In this document: positions 7,907-18,827 of the stretch, in pieces
Numbering within the stretch: position 1 is the first letter of the stretch
How the letters are laid out: every line of letters starts with the position of its first letter
Assembly: GCA_965205975.1 (NCBI GenBank)
Contig: OZ242195.1
Coordinates: 2,464,001 to 2,528,000, forward strand
Direction of reading: 5' to 3'
From: Candidatus Latescibacterota bacterium
Lineage (GTDB): Bacteria; Latescibacterota; UBA2968
Length of the DNA stretch: 64,000 bases
Notes under the pieces: generated by a model
Told to the model about the DNA's origin: nothing
What the model saw: only the letters and a program-made list of their open reading frames with translations
Databases searched by the model: none
Translations under genes and position numbers: made by a program

Positions 7907-9379
7907 TTAACTCACGAACCGGAACGAGTAGAGCTTTGCCGACCGCATCACGACGCGAAGCCGCAGCGGTCCTCGATCCGTGGGGATCCGGCGGCCGGCC
8001 CCCTGCCACGACACGCCTGCCTTGATTGCATTGGCGACAATCGTCTCGCACGTCTTCAGCGTGTAGCCTTCCACGGGGCGCCCCTCTTCGTCCTGCAGTT
8101 CGACCAGCAACCAGCCGCCCCCGCCACAATCCACATTCAACTCGAGCACCTGACCGTCGAACGCCAGCGGCGGAGTCACAAACTCTCCGCCAGAAAGAGA
8201 CGCATCCGCCGAGACAAAACCGTCCCGCCTCAGGATCGCCCGGAACAGCCCGGTATTCCAACCTTCGCGCACCTCATCATTGTGCCGACTTCCCCTCCCC
8301 GAATAGTAGATCCACATCTCGGTCTCGGTAAGCACGGGCCAGACATTGGCCATCACCATACCACCCGATGGTCCTCCATCCAGCCCCCGGCGGATGAACG
8401 GCTCCCGGTCTCCCTGACGCGACCATATGATCCCATCACGGCTCGTGAGGAGCCGGACATCCATCGTGGCCGGGAAATCGGACGCTTCCCAGTGGTAATA
8501 AGCGGCGGGCATCATAAAGTACGCATCATCCGCCTCGGGATGCTTATAGACTGCGTTCGTGTAGTAATCGACCTGCGGCCTATCCATTGACCGGGGAGGT
8601 AGAGGGGCTTCCAGGTCCAGCGCATCTCCCTCCAGGACGATCAGCGTGGGCTGCGACCAGGTCTTAAAGTCGGGCGACGTGATCCGGCCAACGGACCGGT
8701 ACCGCTTTCCGAGCTTCATTTCCGCCGCCTCGTCCCGTCGCTGGGTCTCGTGTACCCGCGTATAGCCGACGTAGAGATCCAGGCTGTCATCCCAGAAGAA
8801 GACATTCTGGGTGTCGCACATCTGGTTGGGCGGATTCGGCTGGCCCTCATCATACGTCCAATGGATCCCGTCGGGTGAATGCATGGCCCAGAGACCCGGC
8901 AGAACACCGGCCTCGATCTCATCATCCCTGGGATAGTACTTCGACCAGAGCCGGTAACGCGAATCGGCGGGTGCGCGTTCGTCTATATAAACCGTCGCGC
9001 CCTGCATGCTCTGACGCTCATCCAGCGGGACGACGATGTTGTTCGCCGTGCTACCCCGGAACGGGACGAGGTGCATCTCCGGCTTCTGCCAGGAGACCCC
9101 GTCTTCAGATTCCGCATAGCAGAGACGGACCGCCCCTTCCTGCGGACCGCCCGATTTCATCTGTGCGCCGTACCAGAGTCGGAAGTGCCGATCCCCTTCC
9201 CGGATCACCGTGTTGTATCCCCCAATCCCAAGCCTCTCCCACGGCTTGTCTGCCCGGAGCACCGGCTCGGGGGACTGCAAAGGCGGATTCATACGGAGAT
9301 TGACACCAGAGACCCGATCGAAGAAACGCGCGTCGATGAAAAGCTGTTTCCGGTTCCCAACCTGGACTGTATTGGACAT
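7907..9379 (-). CDS. Hypothetical glycoside-hydrolase-like beta-propeller protein
   Basis: Asp-box-like repeats (SEDGVSW, SPDGIHW, SPDFKTW, SRDGIIW) and RRDGFVS. Confidence 0.65.
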   Translation of the reverse strand: MSNTVQVGNRKQLFIDARFFDRVSGVNLRMNPPLQSPEPVLRADKPWERLGIGGYNTVIREGDRHFRLWYGAQMKSGGPQEGAVRLCYAESEDGVSWQKPEMHLVPFRGSTANNIVVPLDERQSMQGATVYIDERAPADSRYRLWSKYYPRDDEIEAGVLPGLWAMHSPDGIHWTYDEGQPNPPNQMCDTQNVFFWDDSLDLYVGYTRVHETQRRDEAAEMKLGKRYRSVGRITSPDFKTWSQPTLIVLEGDALDLEAPLPPRSMDRPQVDYYTNAVYKHPEADDAYFMMPAAYYHWEASDFPATMDVRLLTSRDGIIWSRQGDREPFIRRGLDGGPSGGMVMANVWPVLTETEMWIYYSGRGSRHNDEVREGWNTGLFRAILRRDGFVSADASLSGGEFVTPPLAFDGQVLELNVDCGGGGWLLVELQDEEGRPVEGYTLKTCETIVANAIKAGVSWQGAGRRIPTDRGPLRLRVVMRSAKLYSFRFVS

Positions 9380-9438
9380 AGAGCTACCCCTTTTTCTGGA
9401 TGGCGACCGCCGAGCAATAGCGACTCCAAAAACTCACG

Positions 9439-9861
9439 TCAAGCCGTTTGATCTTCTTTCTCTACCACGCGATCCCCATAAGACAACTCGCACGTCCCCG
9501 TATCGCACGCCACGCGACCTGAAAGGTGGCGATATCGCGCAACCAGCGCGTATCCCGCCCGAAAAACGAGATGCAAAATCGGCACGCGGTACAACCAGGC
9601 AAACAGATGGAAAGGCGGCAGCCTGCGATAGATTTGATACACGGCGTCTGCACCCACATAAATATCCTCTTTTCCCACCACCAGGCGCATACCCGTATTA
9701 AAATCCGACGACGCCAGCTTTGGAAAATGGTCTTCAATCCCCTGCGTCTGCCTGGGCAAATAATCAAACTGACTGCGTTTGTCTTTCTTTTTCATACGGC
9801 GAACACTCCAGATACAAAAACGACATTCGCCGTCATATACAACAATCGGTTTTTCCATCAC
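9439..9861 (-). CDS. DCC1-like thiol-disulfide oxidoreductase (DUF393)
   Basis: VYDGECRFC (DxxCxxC) and YALVARYR. Confidence 0.85.
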   Translation of the reverse strand: MMEKPIVVYDGECRFCIWSVRRMKKKDKRSQFDYLPRQTQGIEDHFPKLASSDFNTGMRLVVGKEDIYVGADAVYQIYRRLPPFHLFAWLYRVPILHLVFRAGYALVARYRHLSGRVACDTGTCELSYGDRVVEKEDQTA

Positions 9862-9876
9862 GCCTCCGCGAAAAAC

Positions 9877-11067
9877 CTAACTCCTCGGATAAAACACATC
9901 CACCAGAGTCTCCACATCATCCCATGCGCACAAAAATCGCTCTTCAAATCCGCGATGAATATTGTGCTCGACCTCTGTCTCGTTGGGCAGCGGGAACACA
10001 ATCGTCTCTCGATCGGCCTCAATTGACGCATTCACCGCCAGACTCATCTCCTGATCCAACCGACCCATCGCAGCACCGTAATCCGGTTCGCGATCTTCTC
10101 GAACGGCATTGGCAATACTCAACAACTCATCTGCCACGGCCACTTGCCCTTCACTCAGCGCATAGTTTGCAAATGGATTCTCCCACGCAATCGCACCGCC
10201 GGGCAACTCATAGCGAATCTCGCGCAACACATTTACCCCATCTACCGTTTCCGTCACGCGCACGGGTTCATAAGCCACGCCCTGTGCACCGGTTTCCAAT
10301 TCATCCTTTGGCACAACATACACATTGCCATCCACAATGCTGCCCCCTGTCCCATCAATCTCATCCATACCCGCTTGCTTGCGCCCGAGTGAACGCGCGT
10401 GAATCACATTGGAATACACCATTAGTGCGGCCACATCATTGTCAAATTCCAAAAAACTCAAACTCCATCTTTCCAACTCGTGATGCCGTTTCATGCGATC
10501 TATATGCGGAATCACGGGCGTTGTATGGCTCAACCCAATCACCTGCCTGGGATTGCCACCGGCCAACACGCGCAACAGACTCATCCCGTGATACCCGCCC
10601 TCGTGGCATATCCGATAGATCCGTCCAATTTCCCCAATAACATCTGATACGAGCACCTTCTTCTTCAACCGCTCAATCGGCGCGCGATAATAATTCTCGG
10701 CGACCTCCAGATAAACGCCCGCATCTCGCGCCGCTCGAATCATCAAATCTGATGCCGGCCGGGTCATCGCAATAGGTGTCTCCACAACCTGATGCACACC
10801 TGCTTGCGCCAAAAAACAGCAAATCGCATGGTGTGCCACCCCCGGCACCACCACATCGGCAACATCGATATCTTCATTATCGACCAGGTCCCGCACACTC
10901 GTATAAGCCTTTACCCCGTGTTCTGCAGCCAAACTCTGGGCTGTTTCCTCATCCTTATCGCAAATGGCGACAAAGTCAAAAACATCTGCCAACTGCACAA
11001 TCACGGGTAAATGCGCTCCTGCACCGCGCCGCCCGGCACCCACAAGTGCAATTTTGAGACGATCCAT
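9877..11067 (-). CDS. Gfo/Idh/MocA-family oxidoreductase
   Basis: KIALVGAG Rossmann motif, ETP motif, AENY. Confidence 0.85.
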   Translation of the reverse strand: MDRLKIALVGAGRRGAGAHLPVIVQLADVFDFVAICDKDEETAQSLAAEHGVKAYTSVRDLVDNEDIDVADVVVPGVAHHAICCFLAQAGVHQVVETPIAMTRPASDLMIRAARDAGVYLEVAENYYRAPIERLKKKVLVSDVIGEIGRIYRICHEGGYHGMSLLRVLAGGNPRQVIGLSHTTPVIPHIDRMKRHHELERWSLSFLEFDNDVAALMVYSNVIHARSLGRKQAGMDEIDGTGGSIVDGNVYVVPKDELETGAQGVAYEPVRVTETVDGVNVLREIRYELPGGAIAWENPFANYALSEGQVAVADELLSIANAVREDREPDYGAAMGRLDQEMSLAVNASIEADRETIVFPLPNETEVEHNIHRGFEERFLCAWDDVETLVDVFYPRS

Positions 11068-11197
11068 AACATCCCTCCAGTAAAGTTTGTTTTCGCCATT
11101 CTGCTACTGGTCTAACATCAATCTGCTTGCGGAATTTTTATCTTAACCTATCTTTGCGATAATTCAAACAATAATCAACACAAAAAAGGAGCAGGTC

Positions 11198-11614
11198 ATG
11201 TCGCAAAACAAAACCATCGGTGGTGGGGGCTTTCACCACGTTGCAATTCGCGCCCACGACTTTGAAGCATCCGTAAAATTTTATACCGAAGCTCTGGGAT
11301 TTCGAAAAAAAATCACCTGGGGCGAGGACAAAAGGCGCGCCATCATGCTCGACACTGGAGATGGGAATTACCTCGAAATTTTCGCCAATGGCACAGACGA
11401 ACCCAAACCTGAAGGGTCCATCATCCACTTTGCACTGCGCACCAGCGATTGCGACGCCGCCATCGAACGCGCCAGAGCAGCCGGTGCCCAAATCACCGTG
11501 GAACCCAAAGACGTCGAAATTCCCAGCGAACCCCACAAAACCCCTGTACGCATCGCCTTTTGCAAAGGCCCCGATGACGAAATCATCGAATTTTTTCAAA
11601 ACGAATTGACGTAA
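11198..11614 (+). CDS. VOC/glyoxalase-family protein
   Basis: FHHVAI, FYTEALGF, HFAL, GPDDEIIEF. Confidence 0.9.
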   Translation: MSQNKTIGGGGFHHVAIRAHDFEASVKFYTEALGFRKKITWGEDKRRAIMLDTGDGNYLEIFANGTDEPKPEGSIIHFALRTSDCDAAIERARAAGAQITVEPKDVEIPSEPHKTPVRIAFCKGPDDEIIEFFQNELT

Positions 11615-11618
11615 ACGG

Positions 11619-11650
11619 CGAATCTACGAATCAGCGAATCTACGAATCAA
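11619..11650 (+). repeat. Four tandem CGAATC(T/A)(A/G) octamers
   Basis: CGAATCTA CGAATCAG CGAATCTA CGAATCAA. Confidence 0.85.
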
Positions 11651-11670
11651 CGGCGGAGTTTGTCGCAACT

Positions 11671-11719
11671 TTGGGTGGTAGGGTGGGGTTCGTCTATTCG
11701 TCTATTCGTCTATTCGTTT
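11671..11719 (-). repeat. Inverted copy of the 49-bp element at 3196-3244
   Basis: Exact reverse complement. Confidence 0.9.
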
Positions 11720-11799
11720 ACGCGGAACCTCGCTTTGTTCCCAAACGTCTTACACGGGATATCACAGCCATTTACATCTGCCGGGGAAAAGGAAAAATC

Positions 11800-12222
11800 A
11801 TGAACAAAATTATACCTGTTTTGTGTCTGATATTCGCAATCGTTGCATGCGGTGACGACAATCCCGCCGATTCGGGCCAACCAGTCGTCAATCAAACATT
11901 TAATCTATCGAGCGGATCAATTGAAGACTTTAGCTTTACCGTTGACACCGACTTACAGCAAAACGTCATCCTCCAGGGCGAATTTAGCGTTGATAACGGC
12001 ACTATTCAGATGGCTGTCATGGGCGAAGACGAGTATCAAACCTGGATAGAAGGGGGCACACCCACAGTGCTCTACAGCCCGGGCGAAACATCTGGAGAAA
12101 CCTTTGTCTTACCCATTTACGACAGTGACACCTACTACATCATTTTTCGCAATGCAGGTGCAAATACCGTAACAGTCGAAGCAGAAATTTTCCTGCTCAG
12201 TACCGTTGAACCAGAGGTTTAG
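11800..12222 (+). CDS. Hypothetical lipoprotein (beta-sandwich, GOLD-like)
   Basis: MNKIIPVLCLIFAIVAC lipobox; DTYYIIFRN. Confidence 0.7.
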   Translation: MNKIIPVLCLIFAIVACGDDNPADSGQPVVNQTFNLSSGSIEDFSFTVDTDLQQNVILQGEFSVDNGTIQMAVMGEDEYQTWIEGGTPTVLYSPGETSGETFVLPIYDSDTYYIIFRNAGANTVTVEAEIFLLSTVEPEV

Positions 12223-12297
12223 ACTACCCGGAAAAATGCCTGCCTGTGCTTATCAGATATACGGTACCTGAAACGCATCTCTATCCCAATTTTCCGA

Positions 12298-12326
12298 TTG
12301 ACGAGACAAGAAGAACAAGTTATAAT
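12298..12326 (+). promoter_or_regulatory. Sigma70-type promoter of the frd operon
   Basis: TTGACG-N17-TATAAT. Confidence 0.8.
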
Positions 12327-12366
12327 TATTCCTGTTCATTATCAATCACAGTTAAATGAGGTACTT

Positions 12367-14073
12367 ATGAACATCCCCAAGCACGACGTGCTCTTAGTAG
12401 GTGGAGGGGGTGCGGGTCTGCGTGCTGCAATCGCCGCATCTGAAACGTATCGTGGTGCAGATATTGGCGTAGTCTCCAAAGTCTATCCCATGCGAAGTCA
12501 CACCGTCTCTGCCGAAGGCGGCACGGCAGCGGTCATGCGAGAAGACGACAACCTGGACCTGCATGCTTATGACACCATCAAAGGCAGCGACTACCTCGGC
12601 GATCAGGATGTGGTAGAAGCCTTTGTCAAAGAAGCCGTTGATGAAGTCATCCAATTAGAACACTGGGGGTGCCCCTGGAGCCGCGACGAAGACGGCCGCG
12701 TAAGCGTCCGCGCATTTGGTGGCATGAGTGTCAAACGCACGCTCTATGCCGCAGACAAAACCGGCTTCCACATGCTGCACGCCCTCTTTCAAACATCTCT
12801 CAAATACGACGCCATTACCCGATACGACGAATGGTTTGTCACCTCTTTACTCGTCGAAGATGGCAGGGTATGCGGCGTCACGGCTCTCAACATCCGATCT
12901 GGGAACATTCACGCCATTGGCGCCAAATCCGTCATTATATGCACGGGTGGTGCCGGCAAAATTTTCCCATTTACCACCAATGCCGCCATCAAAAACGGCG
13001 ACGGAATGGCTCTGGCCTACCGCATTGGCTGTCCTCTAAAAGACCTCGAATTCGTACAATATCACCCCACGGGCCTGCCCGGCACGGGTATCTTAATGAC
13101 TGAAGCCTCGCGGGGTGAAGGCGGCCACCTCGTCAACAGCAAAGGCGAACGCTACCTCAGCGAATACGTGCCCGGCAAAATGGAACTCGGTCCGCGCGAC
13201 ATCTTATCTCGCTCCTTTATTCACGAACAGCACCAGGGCAATGTCTTTGAAGGTCCCGATGGCAGCTACGTTCATCTCGACCTTCGACACCTGGGTGAAA
13301 AAGTCATCGACGAAAAACTGCCCTTTGTGCGCGAACTCACCCGCAATTACGTCGGCATTGATCCGGTTTACGAACCCATTCCCGTGCGTCCAGTCGTCCA
13401 CTACTGCATGGGCGGCGTACATACCGACATCAATGGCGCAACGCCCATCTCCGGTCTTTATGCCGCAGGCGAAGCGGCTTGTGTCAGCCTCAACGGGGCC
13501 AATCGCCTGGGGTCCAACTCACTGACAGAATGTCTCGTCTTTGGCGCGCGTGCAGGTCAGGTAGCCGCGCAACACGCCGCCGACACAGACTTTGCAGACT
13601 CGGCCTCGATGGCCAAAATGGCGCAAGACGAGCAAAAACGCATTGAAACCCAATTCTTTGGCAACAAAGGCAAAGAGCGCGTGGCCAATATCCGCGATGA
13701 TCTCCGCAAAACCATGGAAGAAGGCGCGGGCATCTTCCGAACCGAAGACGCGCTCAAAACCACATGTGACACCATTCGCACCCTCAAAGAACGCTATGAA
13801 AATATCGGCATAGACGACCACTCGCGCGTCTTCAATACCGATCTTGTCAATGCCCTCGAACTGGGTTACATGCTCGATGTCGCCGAAGGACTCGCACACT
13901 CGGCCCTCTTGCGACGCGAATCCCGAGGCTCTCACGCGCGATCGGACTATGAAGAGCGCGACGACGAAAACTTCCTCAAACACTCTCTGGCCTATCAAAC
14001 CGATGGCGACCCCCGCATCGAGTACCTGCCCGTAACACTCACCCGCTGGGAACCCGAAGAACGAACCTATTAA
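12367..14073 (+). CDS. frdA: Fumarate reductase/succinate dehydrogenase flavoprotein
   Basis: GGGGAG FAD motif, [10 protein letters not shown] covalent-FAD His, [16 protein letters not shown]. Confidence 0.95.
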   Translation: MNIPKHDVLLVGGGGAGLRAAIAASETYRGADIGVVSKVYPMRSHTVSAEGGTAAVMREDDNLDLHAYDTIKGSDYLGDQDVVEAFVKEAVDEVIQLEHWGCPWSRDEDGRVSVRAFGGMSVKRTLYAADKTGFHMLHALFQTSLKYDAITRYDEWFVTSLLVEDGRVCGVTALNIRSGNIHAIGAKSVIICTGGAGKIFPFTTNAAIKNGDGMALAYRIGCPLKDLEFVQYHPTGLPGTGILMTEASRGEGGHLVNSKGERYLSEYVPGKMELGPRDILSRSFIHEQHQGNVFEGPDGSYVHLDLRHLGEKVIDEKLPFVRELTRNYVGIDPVYEPIPVRPVVHYCMGGVHTDINGATPISGLYAAGEAACVSLNGANRLGSNSLTECLVFGARAGQVAAQHAADTDFADSASMAKMAQDEQKRIETQFFGNKGKERVANIRDDLRKTMEEGAGIFRTEDALKTTCDTIRTLKERYENIGIDDHSRVFNTDLVNALELGYMLDVAEGLAHSALLRRESRGSHARSDYEERDDENFLKHSLAYQTDGDPRIEYLPVTLTRWEPEERTY

Positions 14074-14083
14074 AGGAAAATCT

Positions 14084-14836
14084 ATGAGCGATCTCAGAAC
14101 CATAAAAATCACGGTACTGCGCTATCGTCCAGAAGAAGAGGACGCGCCAACCGAACAGACTTACGAAGTTGAATTTCGCGACGACTGGGTCGTTCTCGAC
14201 GCGCTCAACCACATCAAAGACCACATCGACGGCACGCTTTCATTCCGCTGGTCTTGTCGGATGGGCGTATGCGGCAGTTGCGGCATGATGGTCAACGGCG
14301 AACCCAAACTCACCTGTGCCGCGATGTTGCGCGACTATTATCCCAACGAAGTGCATGTGGAACCCCTGGTCAACTTCCCTATCGTGCGCGATCTCGTCAC
14401 TGACATGACCGACTTTATGGACAAACTCAAAGCGGTCAAACCCTGGATCATCCGAGAAGAAGAAAAACCCGTATCCGAAGGAGAATATCTCCAGACGCCA
14501 GATCAGCTCAAAGATTACAAGCAATTCAGCCAGTGCATCAACTGCATGCTCTGCTACGCGGCCTGCCCGGTCTATGGCCTCGAACACGACTTCGTCGGTC
14601 CGGCTGCAATTGCCCTGGGCCACCGCTACAACCTCGATTCCCGAGATGAAGGCAATCAACAGCGCCAACACGTCATTGCCAGCAAAGAAGGCATCTGGGA
14701 ATGCACGTATGTCGGTGAATGCTCCGTCGTTTGCCCCAAACACGTCGATCCCGCAGAAGCCATTCAACAGACCAAAGTGGCAACCACGACCAACCGCCTC
14801 AAATCGCTTGTCATGCCCTGGGGAAACAAAACATGA
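14084..14836 (+). CDS. frdB: Fumarate reductase iron-sulfur subunit
   Basis: [18 protein letters not shown]...[14 protein letters not shown]. Confidence 0.95.
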   Translation: MSDLRTIKITVLRYRPEEEDAPTEQTYEVEFRDDWVVLDALNHIKDHIDGTLSFRWSCRMGVCGSCGMMVNGEPKLTCAAMLRDYYPNEVHVEPLVNFPIVRDLVTDMTDFMDKLKAVKPWIIREEEKPVSEGEYLQTPDQLKDYKQFSQCINCMLCYAACPVYGLEHDFVGPAAIALGHRYNLDSRDEGNQQRQHVIASKEGIWECTYVGECSVVCPKHVDPAEAIQQTKVATTTNRLKSLVMPWGNKT

Positions 14837-15267
14837 TGCTCGACTCCGAAACGACCAAAACCTATACGCGCCCCATATCCAAAGCCTGGTGGCTGCGCGA
14901 CCGCGGACATTTTAATCGCAGATATTTTATGTTCTTGCTTCGCGAACTCACAAGCGTATTCGTCGCCCTGTACGTCGTGCTCTTTATCTACGAAATTTTT
15001 CTCCTGACAAAAGGGCCAGACGCACACGCAGCCTTCCGCGAATCCCTGAGCGCAGGTCCCTGGATCGCATTTCACGTCATCGCCCTGCTCTTCGCCCTGT
15101 ACCACAGCTGGACCTGGTTGGGGCTAACGACCAAAATGCAAGCAGCTGGACGTGGCCTCGTCAAAATTGGCACAAAGACCCTGCCACCTATTTTTGTCGC
15201 ACTGGGGTCTTACGGCGCGTGGATTGTTGCAACAATCGTCATCGCCTACCTATTCCTAACTCTTTAG
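14833..15267 (+). CDS. frdC: Fumarate reductase membrane anchor C
   Basis: [26 protein letters not shown]; three hydrophobic helices; ATGA coupling to frdB. Confidence 0.85.
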   Translation: MMLDSETTKTYTRPISKAWWLRDRGHFNRRYFMFLLRELTSVFVALYVVLFIYEIFLLTKGPDAHAAFRESLSAGPWIAFHVIALLFALYHSWTWLGLTTKMQAAGRGLVKIGTKTLPPIFVALGSYGAWIVATIVIAYLFLTL

Positions 15268-15282
15268 ATCGAGGATATCGCT

Positions 15283-15645
15283 GTGAATTACAAAGAACAC
15301 AAAAGCGAACCCTTCTGGTGGGGCATGTTCTCGCAAGGCGGTGTTATTGCCGCACTCCTCATACCCATCCACATTTTCCTGGGCGGCATCGCCGTACATT
15401 TGGGGCTTATAGACGCCGAACTCATGTCACATGAACGCCTGACCGGACTGCTCCAAAATCCGATAGTCAAAGTCTATCTCTGTGTCCTGCTCATCTTCCC
15501 ACTCTACCACGCGGCTCACCGAATCCGCTTCACCCTTGCCGAAATCGGATTGCACAGCCTCGCCAAAGTTCTGCCCTTTCTCTGCTATGGCGGCGCACTA
15601 TTGGGCACAGCCGCAGTCCTCTACATCTTGTGGGTATTGTTCTAA
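15283..15645 (+). CDS. frdD: Fumarate reductase membrane anchor D
   Basis: EPFWWGMFSQGG, LYHAAHRI. Confidence 0.85.
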   Translation: MNYKEHKSEPFWWGMFSQGGVIAALLIPIHIFLGGIAVHLGLIDAELMSHERLTGLLQNPIVKVYLCVLLIFPLYHAAHRIRFTLAEIGLHSLAKVLPFLCYGGALLGTAAVLYILWVLF

Positions 15646-15666
15646 GCCATCTCAACAAAAAATAAA

Positions 15667-15703
15667 AAGCTCGGATGAATGCTGCAGAAGTTCATCCGAG
15701 CTT
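15667..15703 (+). terminator. Hairpin terminator between convergent frdD and the SGNH gene
   Basis: AAGCTCGGATGAA...TTCATCCGAGCTT, 13-bp stem. Confidence 0.8.
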
Positions 15704-15728
15704 GTGTTTTGCGGTAAAAAACCGATTT

Positions 15729-16802
15729 CTATTTTGTTTTCTTTATCTTTCTAATCTTCCTGACCTTTCTAATGGTCCCACCCCGCTCATCATCATCTAA
15801 AAGAGACTTCAACCTCCCCGCAACGCGCTCTCCCATCTCAATCATCCCGTGGTCTCCTGGATGAATCAAATCTACTGTCAACCCACCGATATTGCTCAAC
15901 ATGTCTGTTCCCTCAATCAAATGTGCATTTTCATGGGGACAACCATCCACCGCATCTCGCAATGCCTGCCTGAAAGCCGCCGTCCTTTCGCGTTCTTCGG
16001 CATCGCCACAAAATTCTCTAAAATGCGGATAAATCGTAATACACCCCACGGGCCGGTCTGGATTTGCACCTGCAACCGCATTTACCATATACGCCACGCG
16101 CTCGGAAAATTCCGACAGAGAAAATCCCGCACCCATCATATTGACCGACAAAGCCAGCGTCGCCACATCCCAATCGTCGCGCTCGGCAATATAATCTGCC
16201 AATTCGCGCTCGCAATAAGCCGATCCCCCCACGCCCAAATTGATCAAATCCGCTCCCAAACGCCACGCCACCTGACTCACATAAGTCAAATGCATAGCCG
16301 TAGCCGACGCGCCGTGTGTAATCGACGTACCATAGCTCAAATACCGCCGCTTTGGCAATTCGTCAACCGTGGGCGGGCGAAGTCCCTCGCCCTCAATACT
16401 GTGATAGTGCAAACTGGTATTTCTCAAGACCAACCGCCACACATTGTGCGAAAAAGGCAAATCCCGCACCGCTTCAGGTTCAAGCGTCTTCAGTCTTGCG
16501 GGATAGGTCAATTCCAGCGTCCTTGGCTCTTTCCCAATTTGAAACCGCTCTTTCCCTTGAAAAGGGCCAAAAAATGGAATCACTTCAGCCGATCCGCCCG
16601 GGCTGGACAGTGTCACATTGACCTTATTGCCCGCGCTCACAAAACGGATCTCCGACCCCGCCGGACTCAGCATGCGTTCCTGGGCACCTGCATTCAAACA
16701 CAACCTCACATCTTCGGGCACACGCTGCACCCGAAGCCCATCTCTCCCCTCAACTTCTCGCAATTCAGCTACATTGTGAAATTCGACATTGTCGTGAATC
16801 AT
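15729..16802 (-). CDS. SGNH/GDSL hydrolase
   Basis: YGTSITHG, NLGVGG, DLIHP. Confidence 0.85.
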   Translation of the reverse strand: MIHDNVEFHNVAELREVEGRDGLRVQRVPEDVRLCLNAGAQERMLSPAGSEIRFVSAGNKVNVTLSSPGGSAEVIPFFGPFQGKERFQIGKEPRTLELTYPARLKTLEPEAVRDLPFSHNVWRLVLRNTSLHYHSIEGEGLRPPTVDELPKRRYLSYGTSITHGASATAMHLTYVSQVAWRLGADLINLGVGGSAYCERELADYIAERDDWDVATLALSVNMMGAGFSLSEFSERVAYMVNAVAGANPDRPVGCITIYPHFREFCGDAEERERTAAFRQALRDAVDGCPHENAHLIEGTDMLSNIGGLTVDLIHPGDHGMIEMGERVAGRLKSLLDDDERGGTIRKVRKIRKIKKTK

Positions 16803-16821
16803 AAAGAACTCCTATTTTGTG

Positions 16822-18783
16822 TTAATACGCCCATGCCTCATCCGAAAATAGATCTCGACCAAGCGTCCATGTTTTCTCAAAAGCCTCAACAGTCAATTCA
16901 ACGCGGTCATCCCCAGCGCGAAATACATCGGACAATTCGGCTGAAACGCCGGGAACATCTGTCCCGCGATAGGGCACAACCACAGTCAAAAACACCGTGG
17001 GAGCCTGCTCATTCAGCGCAAAACGAAATGCTTTGCGCGGCATGCGAGAACCATAAGTCCAGGCAAACCATCCCTCTTCTTCTGCCATACACGTCTCGCA
17101 ATTTGCACCGGCCTGCACCAGCACATTAGCGTCGTCAAATTGCGTAAAGGCACGCCTTCCCGCCTCGTCAAACACCACATCGCCCGGCGCAAATTGGAAA
17201 TGCAAATCCAGTTGCCCAGGGACATCGCCAATCGCCTCGTCCAAAAACGCGAAAAACTGCCGATTGACAAACCACACCGAACGGCGGTGAACCAATCCCG
17301 GATACGACCCATTTTCCACCACCAGCACATCGCTATCAGCCCCTTCTGACACCCACAACAAATGCCGCCCATCATCGGACGTATCACCGCCATCCAGTGT
17401 CAAAGTCTGATGCACTGTCGTCTGCCGGTGCCACGCGCGGCCTTCTGCATCGTGACCATAAGTATAAAAACCCGTATCAGGCATCAACCAGCGCCCATAA
17501 GCGTACAATTCAAACGTCCCATTATCCGGTTGATCGTGGCTCGAAATAGCAGGCGGCGAACAATGCAGCGCCATGTGAATCTGATCGGGGCCCCAATCGT
17601 CGCGCATCACATACAAACCCGCCTCTTGAAATGCACGACTCTTGTGATCGGGCAAAAATTCGCGATTTAGAGTCGCCCGCGCAGCGTATTTGGGATCACC
17701 CAGCAATTCCGTAGCCTCGACAAGTGAGTCATAAAGTCCCCACTTTGAGCGATCATCCGTCTCATGCAACGCACGCGACCCATCCCCAAACATCGGCGCA
17801 CCCAGATCGGGCGACGCAATCCAGAAAATATAGTCGTGCATCAACCGCACGCGCTCTCGAAACGCCTCTGAAATCTCAATGCCAAAAGTATCCATGCGAC
17901 CAAAAATTTCCACAGCATCCCGCAACACACCCACATGATACCCAAAAGACCACTCTCGCTGAACGCCATCTGTTGTTGTCTGCGCCAGAAAATTCTCTTC
18001 AACGCGCTCCAGTGCCAACTCCATCCATTCACGCGATTCCACAAACTCTCGGAACGTATAGGCAATATTGATAAACCCACGCTGTTCAAACACCGCCTTA
18101 TTGTGAACCAATCCCATCGGAATCAGCTTTGTCTTAACCTGATGATCGTACAGACTTGCCAGCAACAGACCGAGAAACTCGGGCGTAAATGCCTCGGCAT
18201 GAACCAAACTGCGAAATGCCGAACAAATATTCGTCGCTCGAATACCCGTCTGAATATCCAGCCAGACAAACCCCTTCCAGTACGTATAAACGGAATGGGT
18301 TTTCGTGTGATTTTCCAGCGGATGTTTTGAAATCCAATCGGTCGTCATCTCCACAAATGTCTGGGCGTATTTTTCATCGCGCGTCGCAGCATAAGCCTGT
18401 GCGAGCGGTGCAGCCCAATAAAAGCGATACACAGCCGCAACCCATTCAATATCGCCGCGGGGATCCCATTCCCAATCAAAATCATCGCCATAACGCGCCT
18501 CTTCATAAGGCCCCCACTGAATAATGCGCCGGCATATTTTGTCGGCTGTCTCAAAATCGCCTCCCCCAGACGCTTCACCTATTGGATATTTCGCCCGATA
18601 ATAATCGCGCAATACTGTAAGTGCGCCACTTCGATCCCCAGCATCCGCAGCCCGTTTTGCGCCCTCCAAACCCGTCAGATCTAATTTTTCCAAAATTCGT
18701 CCAGGATCAAATGACTCCAAAGGCATCTCGTGATCAATTTGATCCGCGCCTGCTGGATACTCCACTACTGAACTCATAGCCAT
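16822..18783 (-). CDS. Heparinase II/III-family polysaccharide lyase
   Basis: DGVQREWSFGYH, HDQPDNGTFEL, DTGFYTY, HQTLTLDG, HRRSVWFV. Confidence 0.85.
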   Translation of the reverse strand: MAMSSVVEYPAGADQIDHEMPLESFDPGRILEKLDLTGLEGAKRAADAGDRSGALTVLRDYYRAKYPIGEASGGGDFETADKICRRIIQWGPYEEARYGDDFDWEWDPRGDIEWVAAVYRFYWAAPLAQAYAATRDEKYAQTFVEMTTDWISKHPLENHTKTHSVYTYWKGFVWLDIQTGIRATNICSAFRSLVHAEAFTPEFLGLLLASLYDHQVKTKLIPMGLVHNKAVFEQRGFINIAYTFREFVESREWMELALERVEENFLAQTTTDGVQREWSFGYHVGVLRDAVEIFGRMDTFGIEISEAFRERVRLMHDYIFWIASPDLGAPMFGDGSRALHETDDRSKWGLYDSLVEATELLGDPKYAARATLNREFLPDHKSRAFQEAGLYVMRDDWGPDQIHMALHCSPPAISSHDQPDNGTFELYAYGRWLMPDTGFYTYGHDAEGRAWHRQTTVHQTLTLDGGDTSDDGRHLLWVSEGADSDVLVVENGSYPGLVHRRSVWFVNRQFFAFLDEAIGDVPGQLDLHFQFAPGDVVFDEAGRRAFTQFDDANVLVQAGANCETCMAEEEGWFAWTYGSRMPRKAFRFALNEQAPTVFLTVVVPYRGTDVPGVSAELSDVFRAGDDRVELTVEAFEKTWTLGRDLFSDEAWAY

Positions 18784-18827
18784 GCCCTCCTCACTTGACA
18801 ATATGAATATCGGAGTTTGCCTGAGTA

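Noticed and set aside
3196..11719. Octamer arrays as a CRISPR array
   Set aside because: Units are 8 bp and contiguous with no unique spacers, and no cas genes are present
15729..15780. Basic tail TIRKVRKIRKIKKTK on the SGNH protein as a functional domain
   Set aside because: It is encoded by degenerate 9-bp repeats and is probably read-through into low-complexity DNA
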